Assembly (NCBI RefSeq): GCF_001194135.2
Contig: NC_068998.1
Location: forward strand, 1,893,802 to 1,957,801
DNA: 64,000 bases
Reading direction: 5' to 3'
DNA from: Octopus bimaculoides
Taxonomy: Eukaryota
Part shown: one piece after another, positions 12,440-26,672 of the stretch
How positions within the stretch are numbered: position 1 is the stretch's first letter
Layout of the letters: every line of letters starts with the position of its first letter
Notes under the pieces: generated by a model
The model's database searches: none
Told to the model about the DNA's origin: nothing
Seen by the model: the letters and a program-made list of their open reading frames with translations, nothing else
Translations under genes and position numbers: made by a program

Positions 12440-12860
12440 TATGTGGGTTGGACGTGTCTGCTTTTTTACAGTGTTTCACCACTTGTAGTATTCCTTTGTC
12501 CTCATTTTTATAAGCTTCAACATCCTGAGATGAGTTTCACCCCTTCTGCACAACTCTTCCTTCGTCTACCTCTTCCACATTGATCTCCTGGCACTTCTTT
12601 ACCCAATTATCCTTCTTCCTATACAACACAGTCTCCTCCCAAACACATTACAACTCTATTCAATTTCAGACCAAGTTGCTCTCTCAACACATTTACACTC
12701 AGATGTTCCTATCCACAGCTAAACATGTCCACCTCAGTTTTCTTCTACCATTTACACTTCTTTCTCAGTCAATTCTCATGTTTCTTTACCCTGCAGTATC
12801 ACACTTAGTCCACAAGTATCATACAATTGGTCCTTCACTCAGAGACAGAATCTCTTTGAT
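12440..12860 (-). mobile_element. Old RTE LINE 3' fragment
   Basis: The minus strand carries degenerate KG.LYDTC..SV.L.G.ET..LTEKEV ... WVKKCQEINVE, characteristic of the RTE ORF C-terminus. Confidence 0.55.
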
Positions 12861-13401
12861 GCCAACAGAGATAGGCATTTTTTTTTTCTTCGTCTCTTAC
12901 TCATTTTAGTCAATAATATCTTCACAAATATATATATATATATATATGTAAAATATTATTATAAAATCTGGTAATTAGTCATATATTAATTAATATCGAA
13001 TAATTGAGAACAAGGTAATCAGAATGTTGGATGATTATAGACATTTTTATTAACATTTTTAGCACTTTCTTTCGTGAAAGGAGTCTTTTGTATCCGTGTG
13101 GTCAAACTTGTTTGATTAGACTTCAATATGTTGTTTTTTACCCCCACTTAGTAACTTTTGGGGTGGGGGAGAAAAGGAATTTTTTGTTTTCAAGTGACCA
13201 CTTTTTCTTCCTCACCTAAAAGGTCACTAAGTGAAAAAAAAACAACATATTGAATTCTAATCAAACAAGTCTGACCACATTAATACAAAAACCTCCTTTG
13301 ATGGAAGAAATGTATATAAAAATTAATAAAAAAAATATAATCATCCAACATTCTGACTACCATGTTATTCTCAATATACAATCACTTCAAAAACTCTCTA
13401 C

Positions 13402-13449
<48 letters not shown>

Positions 13450-13452
<3 letters not shown>

Positions 13453-13609
13453 CTTCCTCACAGTTTCCATCTACCAAATCCACTCAGAAGGCATTGGTCA
13501 GTTCAGGGCTATAGTAGAAGACACTTGCCCAAGGTGGCATGCAGTGAGATTGAACCCAAAGCTGCATGGCTAGAAAGCAAGCTTCTTAACCACACAGCCA
13601 TGCCTGCAC
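13450..13609 (-). mobile_element. SINE family A (tRNA head plus CORE-like domain), 5' half
   Basis: Reverse complement: ggtgcaggcatggctgtgtggttaagaagcttgc...gggttcaatctc...accttgggcaagtgtcttctactatagcc. Confidence 0.85.
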
Positions 13610-14456
13610 CCAATCAATGGCTCCCAGAACTTCTTCCAGCTCACTTCAATTAGGGTTACCAATGCTTTCCAAACATGCCCCACCACCACCTAAATCAGTG
13701 CTTTTCCGACAAACATTGGCCCCCACTACCACTAAAATACTGCAAAATCTCGGCCCTCCCCCACCCCTCCTCATTAATAAAAAGACAAAAAAACAGTTTG
13801 CTGCATCCCTGTTCTTCCTTTCGTCCCCCATGGGGTTAGACAAGTCCAGATTTATTTTACTAAAACTTACAAACTGTCTTCATCCCCGCTCCCCTGTTGG
13901 CCCTTTTCCCTTCCCTTATGAGACACACTAACCCAGATATCAGAAGCCAGCAGACAACTTCCAAAGGGACCTTATTTCACTGCTGCCCTTAGTGCTAACT
14001 TACTGTCTAATTAGCTACATGACCAATCCTTCTTCTGTCAGCTTGTCTATAAAATCCCACTGCACCCCCCACCATCAACCTATACCACACACACACACAC
14101 AGAAATACATACATGCACGCACATTTAATTAAACACATATATGCATAATAAACACACACAAGTATATACACACTGTCATAGATACAGTGTATGTAATCCA
14201 ACATACACAGCAGGGGTTCAAACTAAAACAAGTGCACAGCTCTTTCAGAATTTTCCTTTTCAAATACAAATTTGTTTTATTCTATTTTTTTTTAAACCAT
14301 TTTATTTTTAACATATTTATTTGTTTGTTTTCATAGAATTTTTTTTTCTCAGTTTATAACAATAACAACTGCAGAACTTTCACAGAAATTGTTTTTTCAT
14401 CTACCCACCCACCCCTTTTTCAGTTCCCTCTCATTTTCTTTCTCTTTCTCTATATA

Positions 14457-14507
<51 letters not shown>

Positions 14508-14563
14508 TGTGTGTATACATATATATATATATACATACACACCCACACATATACTGTGTATAT

Positions 14564-14594
<31 letters not shown>

Positions 14595-15749
14595 GCACAA
14601 TATATATATACACACACACACACACACTTGCGTATATACACACACACACACTTGTGTGTGTGTATGTATGTATGTATATATATATCTATATATATACACA
14701 CACACACGCACACAGAATATATATAAAATAAAAGCAATAACAATTCAGACTAAGTGAAACTGGATCCGGCAACAAACAAATAGTAAAACAAAAAGTTTTC
14801 TTTTTCATATTTTTTGCCATGTTTTTTGGCTATCCTGCTGCTGCTGCTGCTAACATTCCAGCAAGTGAGAGAGAATTTGGCACATTTTGGTAACAACAAC
14901 AAGAACATTTCCCCGCCATCCTCTACAACAGTTAATATCTATTATGACACTGCATGAACACCACAATGCATCTTCTCACAGCTTCTTGGACAAGAAGGAA
15001 AAAAGATTCCAGTCAATGAGTGAACCTTGTGGTTTGTTTGAGTTTTTACTGTGTGTGTGAGAGAGAGAGAAAGAGAGAAAGCGTGTGTTTGTGGGTGCAT
15101 GTGTGTATTTGTGGTTGTGTGTGTGTGTGTGTGCAGCTGTGATTTGAATACATATATGCATGTGTAAGAGTGCATATATGCATAGACCTGTGTGTACGAC
15201 TGCATGCATCAATGGTCATACAAGTGGTGGTATACAGGTGTAGTTTATGTACAAATTTGTGTATGTGTGTATTAATGTGTGTGTGTGTGTGTGTACGACT
15301 GTATGTATGTATTGTCACCTGCACAGCTGCATACCTTTCTTTCGCAATTGTGTGTGCATTGCATGCATGTTACCACATGCATTTTGCATATAGTTGCATG
15401 CATCAAATGCATGTCATTGCATATGAGTGCAAAGATATGTCTAGCAATGTATGTATTCATGCGTGCGTGTGTGTGTGTGTGTGTGTGTGTGTAGGTACTA
15501 GTGTTTCAGCTTATGTATGTGGTTTCCAATGTGTGTGCGTGTGTGTGTGTTAACATAAAGAGTTTCTTTTCCTTCGTGTTGCAAAGTTCAAATAAACAGT
15601 TTTATTCACGTTTTGTTTGTTTTTTTGTTTCCCTTTAATCTTAAATCTTCTGCATTTAAATACGAGAACACAGGTTGGACCCACAACCTCCTCATTGAAA
15701 CCTCAAGGTACACGTGGACATCAATTTTACAGGAATGGGATCTGAGTGG

Positions 15750-15990
15750 TGGAGGCACATGGCTCAGTGGTTATAATGTTGGACTCACAAGCGTAAGATT
15801 GTGGTTTCAATTCCTGGACCAGGTGATGCATTGTGTTCTTGAGCAAAACCCTTCATTTCATGTTGCTCCAGTCCACTCTGCTGATAAAAGAGAGCAATCC
15901 TGCGACAGACTGGCACCCCATCCAGGGGGAAATATATCTATATGCCAGGCAAACTAGAAAAGCAGCCCTATGCCCTTTACAGAGTAATGT
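15750..15990 (+). mobile_element. tRNA-derived CORE-type SINE (family C)
   Basis: TGGCTCAGTGG ... GGTTTCAATTCC head, gtgttcttgagcaaaac core, tail tgcgacagactggcacccatccagggg. Confidence 0.65.
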
Positions 15991-16139
15991 GAAGAAACCA
16001 GGGTCTGAGTTAGAGGACAGAGCACAGACTTAAAACAAAAATTGAATTTTGTAAAAAAAAGCTAAAAATAAAATCTATCTTTACAAAAGAGCATACACAA
16101 GGACTGAACTCACAATAAGCACTAACCTCTTCTCCTCCT

Positions 16140-16140
<1 letters not shown>

Positions 16141-16222
<82 letters not shown>
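16141..16222 (+). repeat. (CA)41 microsatellite
   Basis: Direct reading of the sequence. Confidence 0.97.
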
Positions 16223-16226
<4 letters not shown>

Positions 16227-17246
16227 CACTTCTATAAAACAAACTCAAAGGATGATTGTGTTGTTCCAAACATAAATCAGCCCCTTACAACAGACTTGCA
16301 AACCTTAGAGCAAAATATAAACATTATTAAAACCTTATTGGTGCAAAACAAGGGGTTTCAGTAATGTTTATCAGAAAAATTCTTTCAAGAACTAGAAATA
16401 TTATGTGGGGTTTTTTTCTCTTGGAAATTGTATCTGGAATTTAGCTACTTGTTAGAAAGATCATCAATCTCATTAAAGATCTAACATCAAATTAGATACA
16501 ATTTCTTATATAAGTACAAGGCCAGAGATTTGTGGTGGGGTGGAGGAAATGCGATTATGTCAATCCCCCATGTCTGACTGGTACTTTATTGACCTTGGAA
16601 AGATGAAAGATAAAGTTGACAACAGCAAGATTTCCTGTCTTGCAGCAAGTGCCGGTGCATTGTAAGAAGCATCCAGTATTCTTTGTGAAGGAGCTGGCAT
16701 CAGGAAGGCATCCAGCCAAAGCAGACAATGGGATTCTTCAGCACAGCCCTGCGGTTCATTGGATCCTGTCAAACCTTCCAACCCATACCAGCACAGAAAA
16801 CAAATGTAAGATGTTCACTGTCTGTTCTGTTGCATTCAGCTATTTCCAGTACATTTTTTCAGCTGGGATACTCCATCACTGCCAGACGTAATAAACAAGA
16901 AAGCCTAGATTAACTACAGCCTTATTCCTACAAGTTAAACTTCAACATTTAGAAAAAGATAACCCTGATGTCAAAATATGCAAGATTTGAAACCTGCCCA
17001 TTGAAAATATGAACCAGTTGTCCAAGACCTTAAACATTTGGCCATGAGAAGTGGAACATGCCAAATGGAAAATACTCTACAGATCCGAACATGCATTAAG
17101 TTAACCTTAACACTTTCATGATTGGTATCTATTGAATGAGACCAATTTTTCTGGGATAGGATACCAGTTGCTCACAAGTAGATTTCCCTAAACTAATTAC
17201 AATCTGGAATTATTGTCTTGCATATCAGACGAAACTTTTGATGACT

Positions 17247-17344
17247 TTAAGTCTTTCGCATTTAGAGCAGCCAAATCCAGCCGCAATGTTTTGCCTGTTT
17301 TATGTTCAAAGCTGGTGAAAATAATCTGAATGCTAAAGGATTAA
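17247..17344. mobile_element. TTAA-bounded MITE, internally deleted copy
   Basis: ttaa..gcattt start and aatgctaaaggattaa end; body (ttgcctgttttatgttcaaa) shared with 39889-40097. Confidence 0.6.
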
Positions 17345-20036
17345 ACCAAAACCTGTCAAGTTGACAATCCAGAATCTTATTTATCTGGTGGTGAGAAAAA
17401 TGGTGGAGAGAGTTTCTGCCGAGTGAAACACAACAGAGCAGTGGATGCAACAAGGTTTTAAAACTCACAGACCACGAGGTTTTAAAACTCACAGACCACG
17501 AGGTTTCAATGAGGTATCAAGACAGTTCCCTTTGTTAAAGAGAAGAATGTGAGGTATCAAGGGTTTAGAAGGGAGGAAAAAGAAAAAAAGGGGGTAAGAC
17601 TATTATGAAGAGCTAGTTATGAATTAGCAAAGACAGAGTTTCTTTACTAAAACAATCAATCTGTAAAATAAAACAATACATACACACACACACACACATA
17701 TATACATATATAAAATGCACATTATAAATGCATGTCATTGCATTCAAACATAAACAAAAGTGCACAGTGTAAAGTTTTATATATATATATATATATATAT
17801 ATTTCAGCTGCTATTTATAATTGTAACTGAAACTTCATTGATATGTTCCAAAGCTCCGTTTTTCAATTCATCGGGCAATAATAAATTTAAACAAACAACA
17901 TTTATACACAAATGATTCAGAATCAGTCACATGGATGTATGACAGTTCTTTGGCTTATTTTAGCCATTTTGCAGTCGAGGCCATGCTGAGAGCACAACCA
18001 ATACAAACGGTAAAAGTGCTTTCAAAAAAATGTTGGGCAGCAGAAAGAATAAAGAAAATTTTCTCTTGAAAAAAAGCAGAGTTAAAAATAAAAGCTAAAC
18101 AAAAATATTCACTCATAAAATAAATGAAAAGAAAGAAAATGAAGTAAAAATAAAAAAAAAACTTAGTTTAAATTGAAAAATTTAATGTTTTATTCATTGC
18201 AAAGATTATTATTATTATTATTATTACTAATAATAATAATAATATCAGTATTTTCAATAAGAAATATCACATTTGGTAAATTTTAGGTCAACAAGAAAAA
18301 TAATAATAAAAACAAAGAAAAAAGAAATTAAGAAAATTTTGAAGTTAAAAAAAAAAAGACTTGAAAAAATATAAATAAAGATAAAAAATTCTTTGTTACC
18401 TTTTTAAATTGAGGGAAAAAATCATCACTCCCCGTGCCTCCATGTACCAAAAATTTTAGATTATTTACAATATTTTTCAGAAAGGATGGGGGGCAGGGTA
18501 AAGATGACCTTTGGGTCAACAGATCAGAGTAGTTAATTGTGTAATTAATCAGACTTCTCTGATGAAGAGAGAGAGAGAACGAGAAAGACAAAGAAGTTGT
18601 TGGAGGTGGAATGGGGGTAGATAAGAGGGAGGGAGAGACAGAGAAAGATGGGAAAGTCCAGATTAAGGCATGAGAATGAGGGACTGTCACCAGGGGTGAG
18701 GCCCTATGCCAGTTAGATGGATGTCTCTGTCAGCTTGGATGGCACCTGTGCCAGCCATGGGGAGTCTCCACCAGTTAAGAGTGTCTGTTAGCTGATGGGA
18801 CTTCTACCGAGGGTGGTGGTGGATCGAAGGGCCTCTAGAGAGTGAGTTATTAAAAATAACCATGTAAGGGGGCCCTTCATTTGTAGCCCAGGAGTCTACA
18901 AAACCTCATCTTGTTTCTGGAGATTGGGGAGTACAAAGGAGGAAGAGAAACCCCTAAAATCAGTGAACACACAACAATCAACAAAGATTAGCAAGTAAGC
19001 ATCAGCTGGAGCATTCTGGCAGTCAGCTTTCAAATCCCAAAGGAAGCTTCTTTGCTTTATGTAGAAGAAGTAATAATGTTGGGAAAAGAAAAAAAAGTGT
19101 CTCAATATCTTACCCACTTCTGCCTCAAGTAATTATATATTTGTCCACCTGTTGATAGATAAAATTTCAACACACAGTTACTACTGAAACACAGTAGAGT
19201 CTGTAACTATCTGATTGGCTTCACTCACTGGGTTGTGGCCATTCTGAAGCACTATCTTGAAGAGGAAAATCAAATATTTTAACCCCAAAATTATATTTTT
19301 GGAAAAATTGCCAAAAGGAAAGGAATTGAAGCTGGTCAAGATTTGAACTAAATAACCACAAGGCATTTTAGCCAAAGCTCTACTAATTCTAGTCCCTACA
19401 TAGTCAGGTATTTTAGAGACCTTAATGGGATAAAGTTAGTTGTGATGGGATTATTTAAAACCCCACAAACTGTCCTTTAAGATCCCATATGGAATCAATA
19501 TAGCAGGGGCTCCTCTGTTGATTGAGTTATTCCCACCCCTGAATATGCTTTCAAATTTTGGCACAAGGCCTGTAATTTAGAGGAGAAGGGGAAAGTCTGT
19601 ACCTGGCTGTTACTTTATTATATCAACTGCAAAAGCATGGAAGGCAAAAACTGACCTCAGCAGAATTCGAACTCAGAACGTAAGAGAGCCAGAATGAACA
19701 CCACCACTATTCTGCCAGTCAACTGCCATAATAATAATAATAATAATAATAATAATAGTCATACTCACTTGAAAATTAAGAAACTTAAGGAACAAAAAAA
19801 CATTTGTGAGTTATGACATTCATGCCTTTCCCTGATAAAAGTTTTAAAAAGGAGACCCCTTATTTTCCCCATAAACGATGAAAGAAAAGAAAAAATCACC
19901 CCCCTCCCTCCACCTCAGTCATTTCTCAGCTTTGATTGCAATCAGCGAGGGACCAGGTGGGACAATGAGGGGGTTTCAACATAAAGAATGTGTGTTTATT
20001 AAGAATCAGCAGTAAAGGATTTCAGACAACAACAAC

Positions 20037-20079
<43 letters not shown>

Positions 20080-21101
20080 AGTAGTGGTGGTGGTGGCAGT
20101 GGCGGTGCTGCTGAATTGGGTGCCTAACTCCAATTTCACGGTACTAAGCCACATGTGAGAATGAAAGAGAAACAGATCTGCTGCTGCAGCCACCAGACCC
20201 ACCGATGAACAGAGAACCAGTTATATATTGTGACAAACCAAAGGATAGAAAACTAAAAAAAAACCAAACCCACCACCAGAAGATCTGTCCCCGATTCCTA
20301 TCTCTCCATAGAGAAACTGGGGGAGGTCTTTTTTTAGGATAATAACCCAGAACCAAATAAGAAAATGGCAACAAGAGATGACAGAAGGTCACACCGTCCT
20401 TCAGCCTGGTCGTCAGCTAGTGAGTACAAGAGTACAGGAGTAATGCAACTGATTTAGAGTACTGATCATCTGGTACTTTATTCACCTCGGGGCCATCTGC
20501 CTCTACCCTGAGTTTTTGAGAAAGGGAAGAAGGGGAGCAGTAAACTTCCTGTCAGCAATGAAAACCCACCCCACACACACACACACATGCTCTCTCTATC
20601 TCACGCACAGACACACATTCACAGCAATAATTATTTCTTGTGTTAATTAGACAGACACCAAATGTTAAAAGGCGAGAACAAAGTTGTCATAAGATAAATT
20701 ATAAAAATTTGGAATTCAACTCCGTCAACATCCCCCATCCTACCCTGTGATCCCCAGTATATTACTGGTATAACACAGAATACTGTCGTTCCTTTTTTCC
20801 AACAATAAAATGCTAATGTCGCTTCTGGATTAATTTGGCCTTTGTCAATCATCATCATCATCATCATCATCCCACTTTAGAGTTAAAATATTTTACATTT
20901 TGCACCAGACTAAATTAGTTAAGGGTGGAAGGTAGGGAGACTATCAGTGAAAATGATCCAGTAGATGACTGGTACTTTAGCAAGCAACCCAGACCCTTCA
21001 GGATCCAAGATAAAGCCAGCCTCAACTAGATTTCAAACTCAGACCACAGATTGATACAGGGGAATATACCACAAAGTATATACCAATCCAATGCCCATCT
21101 C

Positions 21102-21132
<31 letters not shown>

Positions 21133-21361
21133 GTGGCAAAAGCTGGTAGAATAATTTAGTACACCGGGCAAAATGCTTAGCAGCATTTCACTTGTCCCTA
21201 CGTTCTGAGTTCAAATTTGGTAGAGGTCAATTTTGCCTTCCATTCTTTCAGGGTCAATAAATTAAGTACCAGTGAAACACTGGGGGGTCAATGTAATTGA
21301 CTAGTCTCTTCCCTCCAAATTTCAGGCCTTGTGCCTTCAGTAGAAAGGGCTATTATCTTTA

Positions 21362-21392
<31 letters not shown>

Positions 21393-22043
21393 GGACAAAA
21401 TGCTTTTGTTTCCAGTTTGACATTTAGAGAAAGGATAAGCACCAGTTATGCACAGGAGTCAATGTAATCAACTAGCCCCCACCTCTCCCAAAATTTCAGG
21501 CTTTGTGCCCTTAAAAATTATTACTATCATCATTGTCGTCGTTGTTCAGGCAGCAAAGATGGCAGAGTCCTTAGCTGGACAAAATGCTGAGAGGCATCTC
21601 ATCCACCTTTACGTTCTGTGTTCAAATGTTGCCAGGGTCAGTTTTGCCTTTCGTCTTTCCAGGTTTGATAAAATAAGTACCAGTCACACAATGAGGTTGA
21701 TGTAATCAACCACCTCCAGCCCACAAAGTTTCAGGCCTTTTCACTCAAGAGCAGAAAAATTGATGTCAATGTTACTTATTTTGGTTTGAAATAAAGCACT
21801 TGATCACTTCATAATCCTAGCTTAATCCGGGGCAATGCCGGGCTATACTGCTAGTAATAATAATAATAATAATAATACTTTCTGTTAAAGGCACAAGGCC
21901 TGAAATTTCAACTGATAATTTATTGACCCTAAAAGGATGAAAGGTAAAGTCGGCCTATGAGAACTTGAACTCAGAACGGGAAAACAATTGAAATACCTTC
22001 AAGCATTTTGTCTGGCGTGCTAATGATTCTGCCAGCTCACCAC

Positions 22044-22083
<40 letters not shown>

Positions 22084-23190
22084 GTTTTTGATTTTGGTAC
22101 AAGAATAACAACTGATTGGCAGGAGTGGGTTACTTGATGACATCAGTGCCTGTACTTCAGTGGAACTTTTATTTTAACAACCCCAGGAGAAAGAAAAATA
22201 TTGACTTTAATAGGATTTGAATTCAAAGTGAAAAGCCACACTAAATACCACAAGGAGTTTTATCTGATGCTCTACTGAGTCTGCCAATGCACAGATAGAA
22301 ATTTATGAGATGGTATCAATTCATGACACACCAATTTTTTCGGGAGACCCTGTTATCTTACAGAATCAGTCTCCCTACAAGGCACAATTACAAAAACAAA
22401 AAATAAACAAAACAAAATAAATGGCTAATTAAGAACTCGGGGACATCAAGATGTACTCTGGCACTCATTTAGTTCGGAATAAAAAAAAATATAACAGCAA
22501 AGACATTATGTAATAAAAATAAAAATAATTGTAATTTTGGCAGAAGTCCATCAGTTTTAGAGGGGGAGGGGCATAGCGGATTGCATCAACCCAAGAACTT
22601 GACTGGTATTTTATTTTACAGACTCTTATATCCTAAGGAAAGTCTTGTCTCCACTTGAAACCTTTGGTAATTTGCAATAAACTGCTTTCAAGAAAAGAAA
22701 AACCAGGAATTAAGGTCTCCCTGAGTGTTAGAGAATAAATATAAGGAAAAATACTGAATAACAATAACAATTTTAGAATTTTGTCTTAAAATATCTATTT
22801 CTCAACAATAACACTGCAGGGATCAATGTCATGTTGTATGAGGGATAGAGAGACAAGTAGTGACATCTGTTTTCACGAAGGACATTAAGACAAATGAAAG
22901 GATTTCAACAAAACAAAACTGAAACCAAACTGCTCAGTTGCCCATTATACAAATAATAATAAGAAGAAGAAAATGGCTTCAAATTTTGGCACAAAGCCAG
23001 CAAAGTTTAGTGGGGGAGGGTAAGTTGATTACATTGTCCCCTGTGCTCAACTGGTACCTAGTTTACTGAGGCCAAAAGGATGAAAGGCAAAGTCGACCTC
23101 AGTGTAATCTGAACTCACAATCTAAAGACAGATGAAATGTTGCTAAGCATTTTGCCCAGCATGCTAACAATTCTGCCAGCTCACCACCTC
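21133..23190. mobile_element. Cluster of tRNA-derived SINE family B copies in both orientations with (ATT)n tracts
   Basis: Shared tggcagaat..ttagca..aaatgct..gttctgagttcaaat..ctttgcctttc body. + copies at ~21133-21350 and ~21545-21740; - copies at ~21880-22045, ~22085-22290 and ~22975-23190. Confidence 0.85.
21745..21854 (+). mobile_element. Helitron 3' terminus
   Basis: GC-rich subterminal hairpin ccggggcaatgccggg followed by ctatactgCTAG|T. The left boundary is approximate. Confidence 0.65.
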
Positions 23191-23931
23191 CAATAATGAT
23201 AATAATAATAATAATAATAATAATAATAGTCTTCTGCAAAGGCATTTAACTGTTGAAAAGAAAAAGGGGGGAGGGAGGAGGTGTAATCAATTAAGTATTA
23301 CTGACTCTAGGCCATTGTCCTTGACCTTAGAGGAGTAAGAGTTTAATTCAAAATTAAGCTGAACAAGATTCGGATATAAAACAGCAAGATGCCAAAGTAA
23401 AGCAAAACTACTGCTAGCATCAACTCACCTCCTCCCACCCCCATGATGGTAATTAGCATAATGATGATGATGATGATGATGGTGGTAACAATGTTATTGA
23501 TGGTCAAGATTTCTTAAGAAAGAAGTCTTCCACAAACACCGCAAGTTTAAATAATGACGATGATGATGATGATGATGAGAAAATGGAGGCAAGGGAGCAG
23601 ATTGAATTAAGGAACAAGAAGATATTTGTCTCAAGATAAATGGATTTCTAATGGAATTCAAATCTTGGAATGGCTTTTTTTTTTCAACCCTCATAGCCAA
23701 AGATTGTGTGCATGTGACATGCACACATACACACATGTATACGTGTCACATGTATGTATATATGTACAGACACATACATACACACACATATACATACACA
23801 CATATACATATATATATATATACATACATTTATATGTAGAGAGATGTACATGTCTTTCCATGTATTGGTGCATTCCTTACATAGACACATGCATGCACGC
23901 AATCACAAGACCACTGTTTTACCTTTCCATC

Positions 23932-23973
<42 letters not shown>

Positions 23974-24576
23974 AAGAGGAGTGTAAGATGAGGGTGTGGG
24001 CACAGTGGGTGTGCGTCTATCAAATTAGTTGTACGAGAAATCCTTTGAAACAGGAAGGAAAATATATGAAAACCTTTTAGCAGGAAAAAAAATGAAATTA
24101 ACAAAAACTGGACAAAAAATAAGAGAAAAAAACAATTCACCAGAAAAAGAACACAAACAAAAAAAGAATAAAAAGGAAAATTCAATTGAATGAAGAGAAA
24201 GAAAAGAAAAAAATGGTGTAGGAGAAGGAAATGGTGCCAAGTGATCAGTTTGGACATCGGTTAAGCCATATAAAGATAGCACCAAATGTTCAGAGGTGAT
24301 AGGTAGGTCTACTGACTGTTTATCATTTACAACATCCACCAGTTGGTACCCTGCAGCATCACAACTTTGGTCAACATCCAAACTTGTCTTTACCCAAGTT
24401 GGGGAGCGGGAAGAGACCTTGCTCATCCACCGCCGCCTTCCTTTTGTTTTGGATTTCTTTAATTCTGTCTTTGGGTAGGTTGGTTGATGTCTGGTTTTTT
24501 TTTTGTTTGTTTTCATTTTTATGGGTTTTTTTTTTGACAGCAAGAATAACAAGAACAACAACAATAACTGTAACAA

Positions 24577-24603
24577 TCAGCTTGTCTTCGCTTTAATATA
24601 AAT
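24577..24603 (-). CDS. MGAT4B: MGAT4 terminal coding exon (IYIKAKTS*)
   Basis: Acceptor ttttctaatttcag|ATTTATATTAAAGCGAAGACAAGCTGA; matches the short I.IK-type terminal exon of MGAT4A/B (human MGAT4A ends IHIKKATN). Confidence 0.75.
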   Translation of the reverse strand: MYIKAKTS

Positions 24604-26425
24604 CTGAAATTAGAAAAGAAAAAAAGAGATTATCATCATTACTACTACTACTACTACTACAGTTATAATTTGTAGCCAATATAATTTGCATAATTAAAAA
24701 ATATAACAAACAAAGACAGGATGGTTACAGTTGAAACACTTGGTCACAGGTCTGATGCATCACAACCGACCTGTGACAGCACAACAACCATGACCAGGTT
24801 AAGGGGGTTCTTTTTGTGTTTCTTTAATACAACTCTGCAACCTGCAGCCTCTCTCTCTCTCCACAAACCACTGACCCTCTAATTCTTTTCTACTAACACT
24901 ATTAACCACTCTATTAACTATTCTATTATCAGAGTTTGCCATTTCCCATCATCATCATCACAGCATCTTTATTTTTTCACCCTTCACAAACTGCCTGACC
25001 ACTCATTGGCACATAAAAAGCACCAAGTCCACTCTGCTGAGTGGTTGGTGTCAGGAAGGGCATCCAGCTGTAAAAACCCTGCCAAAACAGTCACAGAAGT
25101 CTGGTGCAGGTTTCAGCCTGGCTGACTCTTGTGGTGCCATCCCACCCATTCTAGACATAGAAGATGGACATTAAATGATGATGNNNNNNNNNNNNNNNNN
25201 NNNNNNNNNNNNNNNNNNNNNNNNNNNNNNNNNNNNNNNNNNNNNNNNNNNNNNNNNNNNNNNNNNNNNNNNNNNNNNNNNNNNNNNNNNNNNNNNNNNN
25301 NNNNNNNNNNNNNNNNNNNNNNNNNNNNNNNNNNNNNNNNNNNNNNNNNNNNNNNNNNNNNNNNNNNNNNNNNNNNNNNNNNNNNNNNNNNNNNNNNNNN
25401 NNNNNNNNNNNNNNNNNNNNNNNNNNNNNNNNNNNNNNNNNNNNNNNNNNNNNNNNNNNNNNNNNNNNNNNNNNNNNNNNNNNNNNNNNNNNNNNNNNNN
25501 NNNNNNNNNNNNNNNNNNNNNNNNNNNNNNNNNNNNNNNNNNNNNNNNNNNNNNNNNNNNNNNNNNNNNNNNNNNNNNNNNNNNNNNNNNNNNNNNNNNN
25601 NNNNNNNNNNAGCCAATGTTGATTTGTTTATGTCCTTGTGACTTAATTCGAGAAAAAAGAGAGCAATGAAACAAAGACCACACTTAACAGAAAACAAAGT
25701 ATGGGGGGGGGGGTCAATTTGTTCAACTGCAGCCCTTCAAGGTGGTACTCCAGCATGGCCACAGTCTAATGAGAGAAACAAGACAATGATAAAAGAAACG
25801 TGTATATGCTAAATATTCAAACACCACCAGTTATAGACAGAGATATCAGCAAAGATACAAATACAAACAAACAGACATTCACATGTCTGCACATGCACGC
25901 ATGCATGCACACCCACACCCCTTTCATTGATTTCCATTATTGAGTTGCTTAGTTGATTAGATTGATCCTTAATCCAATACTGTTAATCCCATACATTCAC
26001 AGAATTGTTTCTATGTATTGAGTCACACAGCAGCAATCAATATTCCCCCATTTTGTTCCTTTTTTAATAATGAGCTTAACGAGCTTTCTCTCACTTCTTT
26101 TTTTTTTTAAGAATTTCATTCATTAAAACTAATAACACATTCAACATACACTGCTGATAGACAATTCATAAACACACACGCACGGCTCCAAAAGCTGGAT
26201 TATGAAAGTACTTCAAGACTGCGACAATTGTACACCCAGCAGGCTTCTGACAAGGACTCAAAATGTATCATGAGTACAAGACCAAGAAGAGTTTTATGAA
26301 TGATACTGTTGGTATTTGATGCAGACTTTGCTGGCCACGTGTGCATGTGCATTCGGGGTGGTGGTGCATGCTGAGACTTCAAAGAATTCCAGCTGATAAA
26401 GACAACACACACACACACACACACC

Positions 26426-26471
<46 letters not shown>

Positions 26472-26672
26472 GTATGTATATATGAGGTGCAGCAACATCA
26501 AAGGAAATTTGCAACGACTCCATAACTACCATCTCGGCTACAACCTTGAAGCCCCAGTAATCTATTACATCACTTACCTAGTGTACCTAATCATTTAGAT
26601 CACCTGTAAATTAAACCCCCATACTATGTATGGATATACATATTACATATATGAATACACAAAACCACTTAC

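Noticed and set aside
14389-15553. Many overlapping ORFs of YI/HT/CV repeats
   Set aside because: Translations of (TA)n, (CA)n and (TG)n microsatellites.
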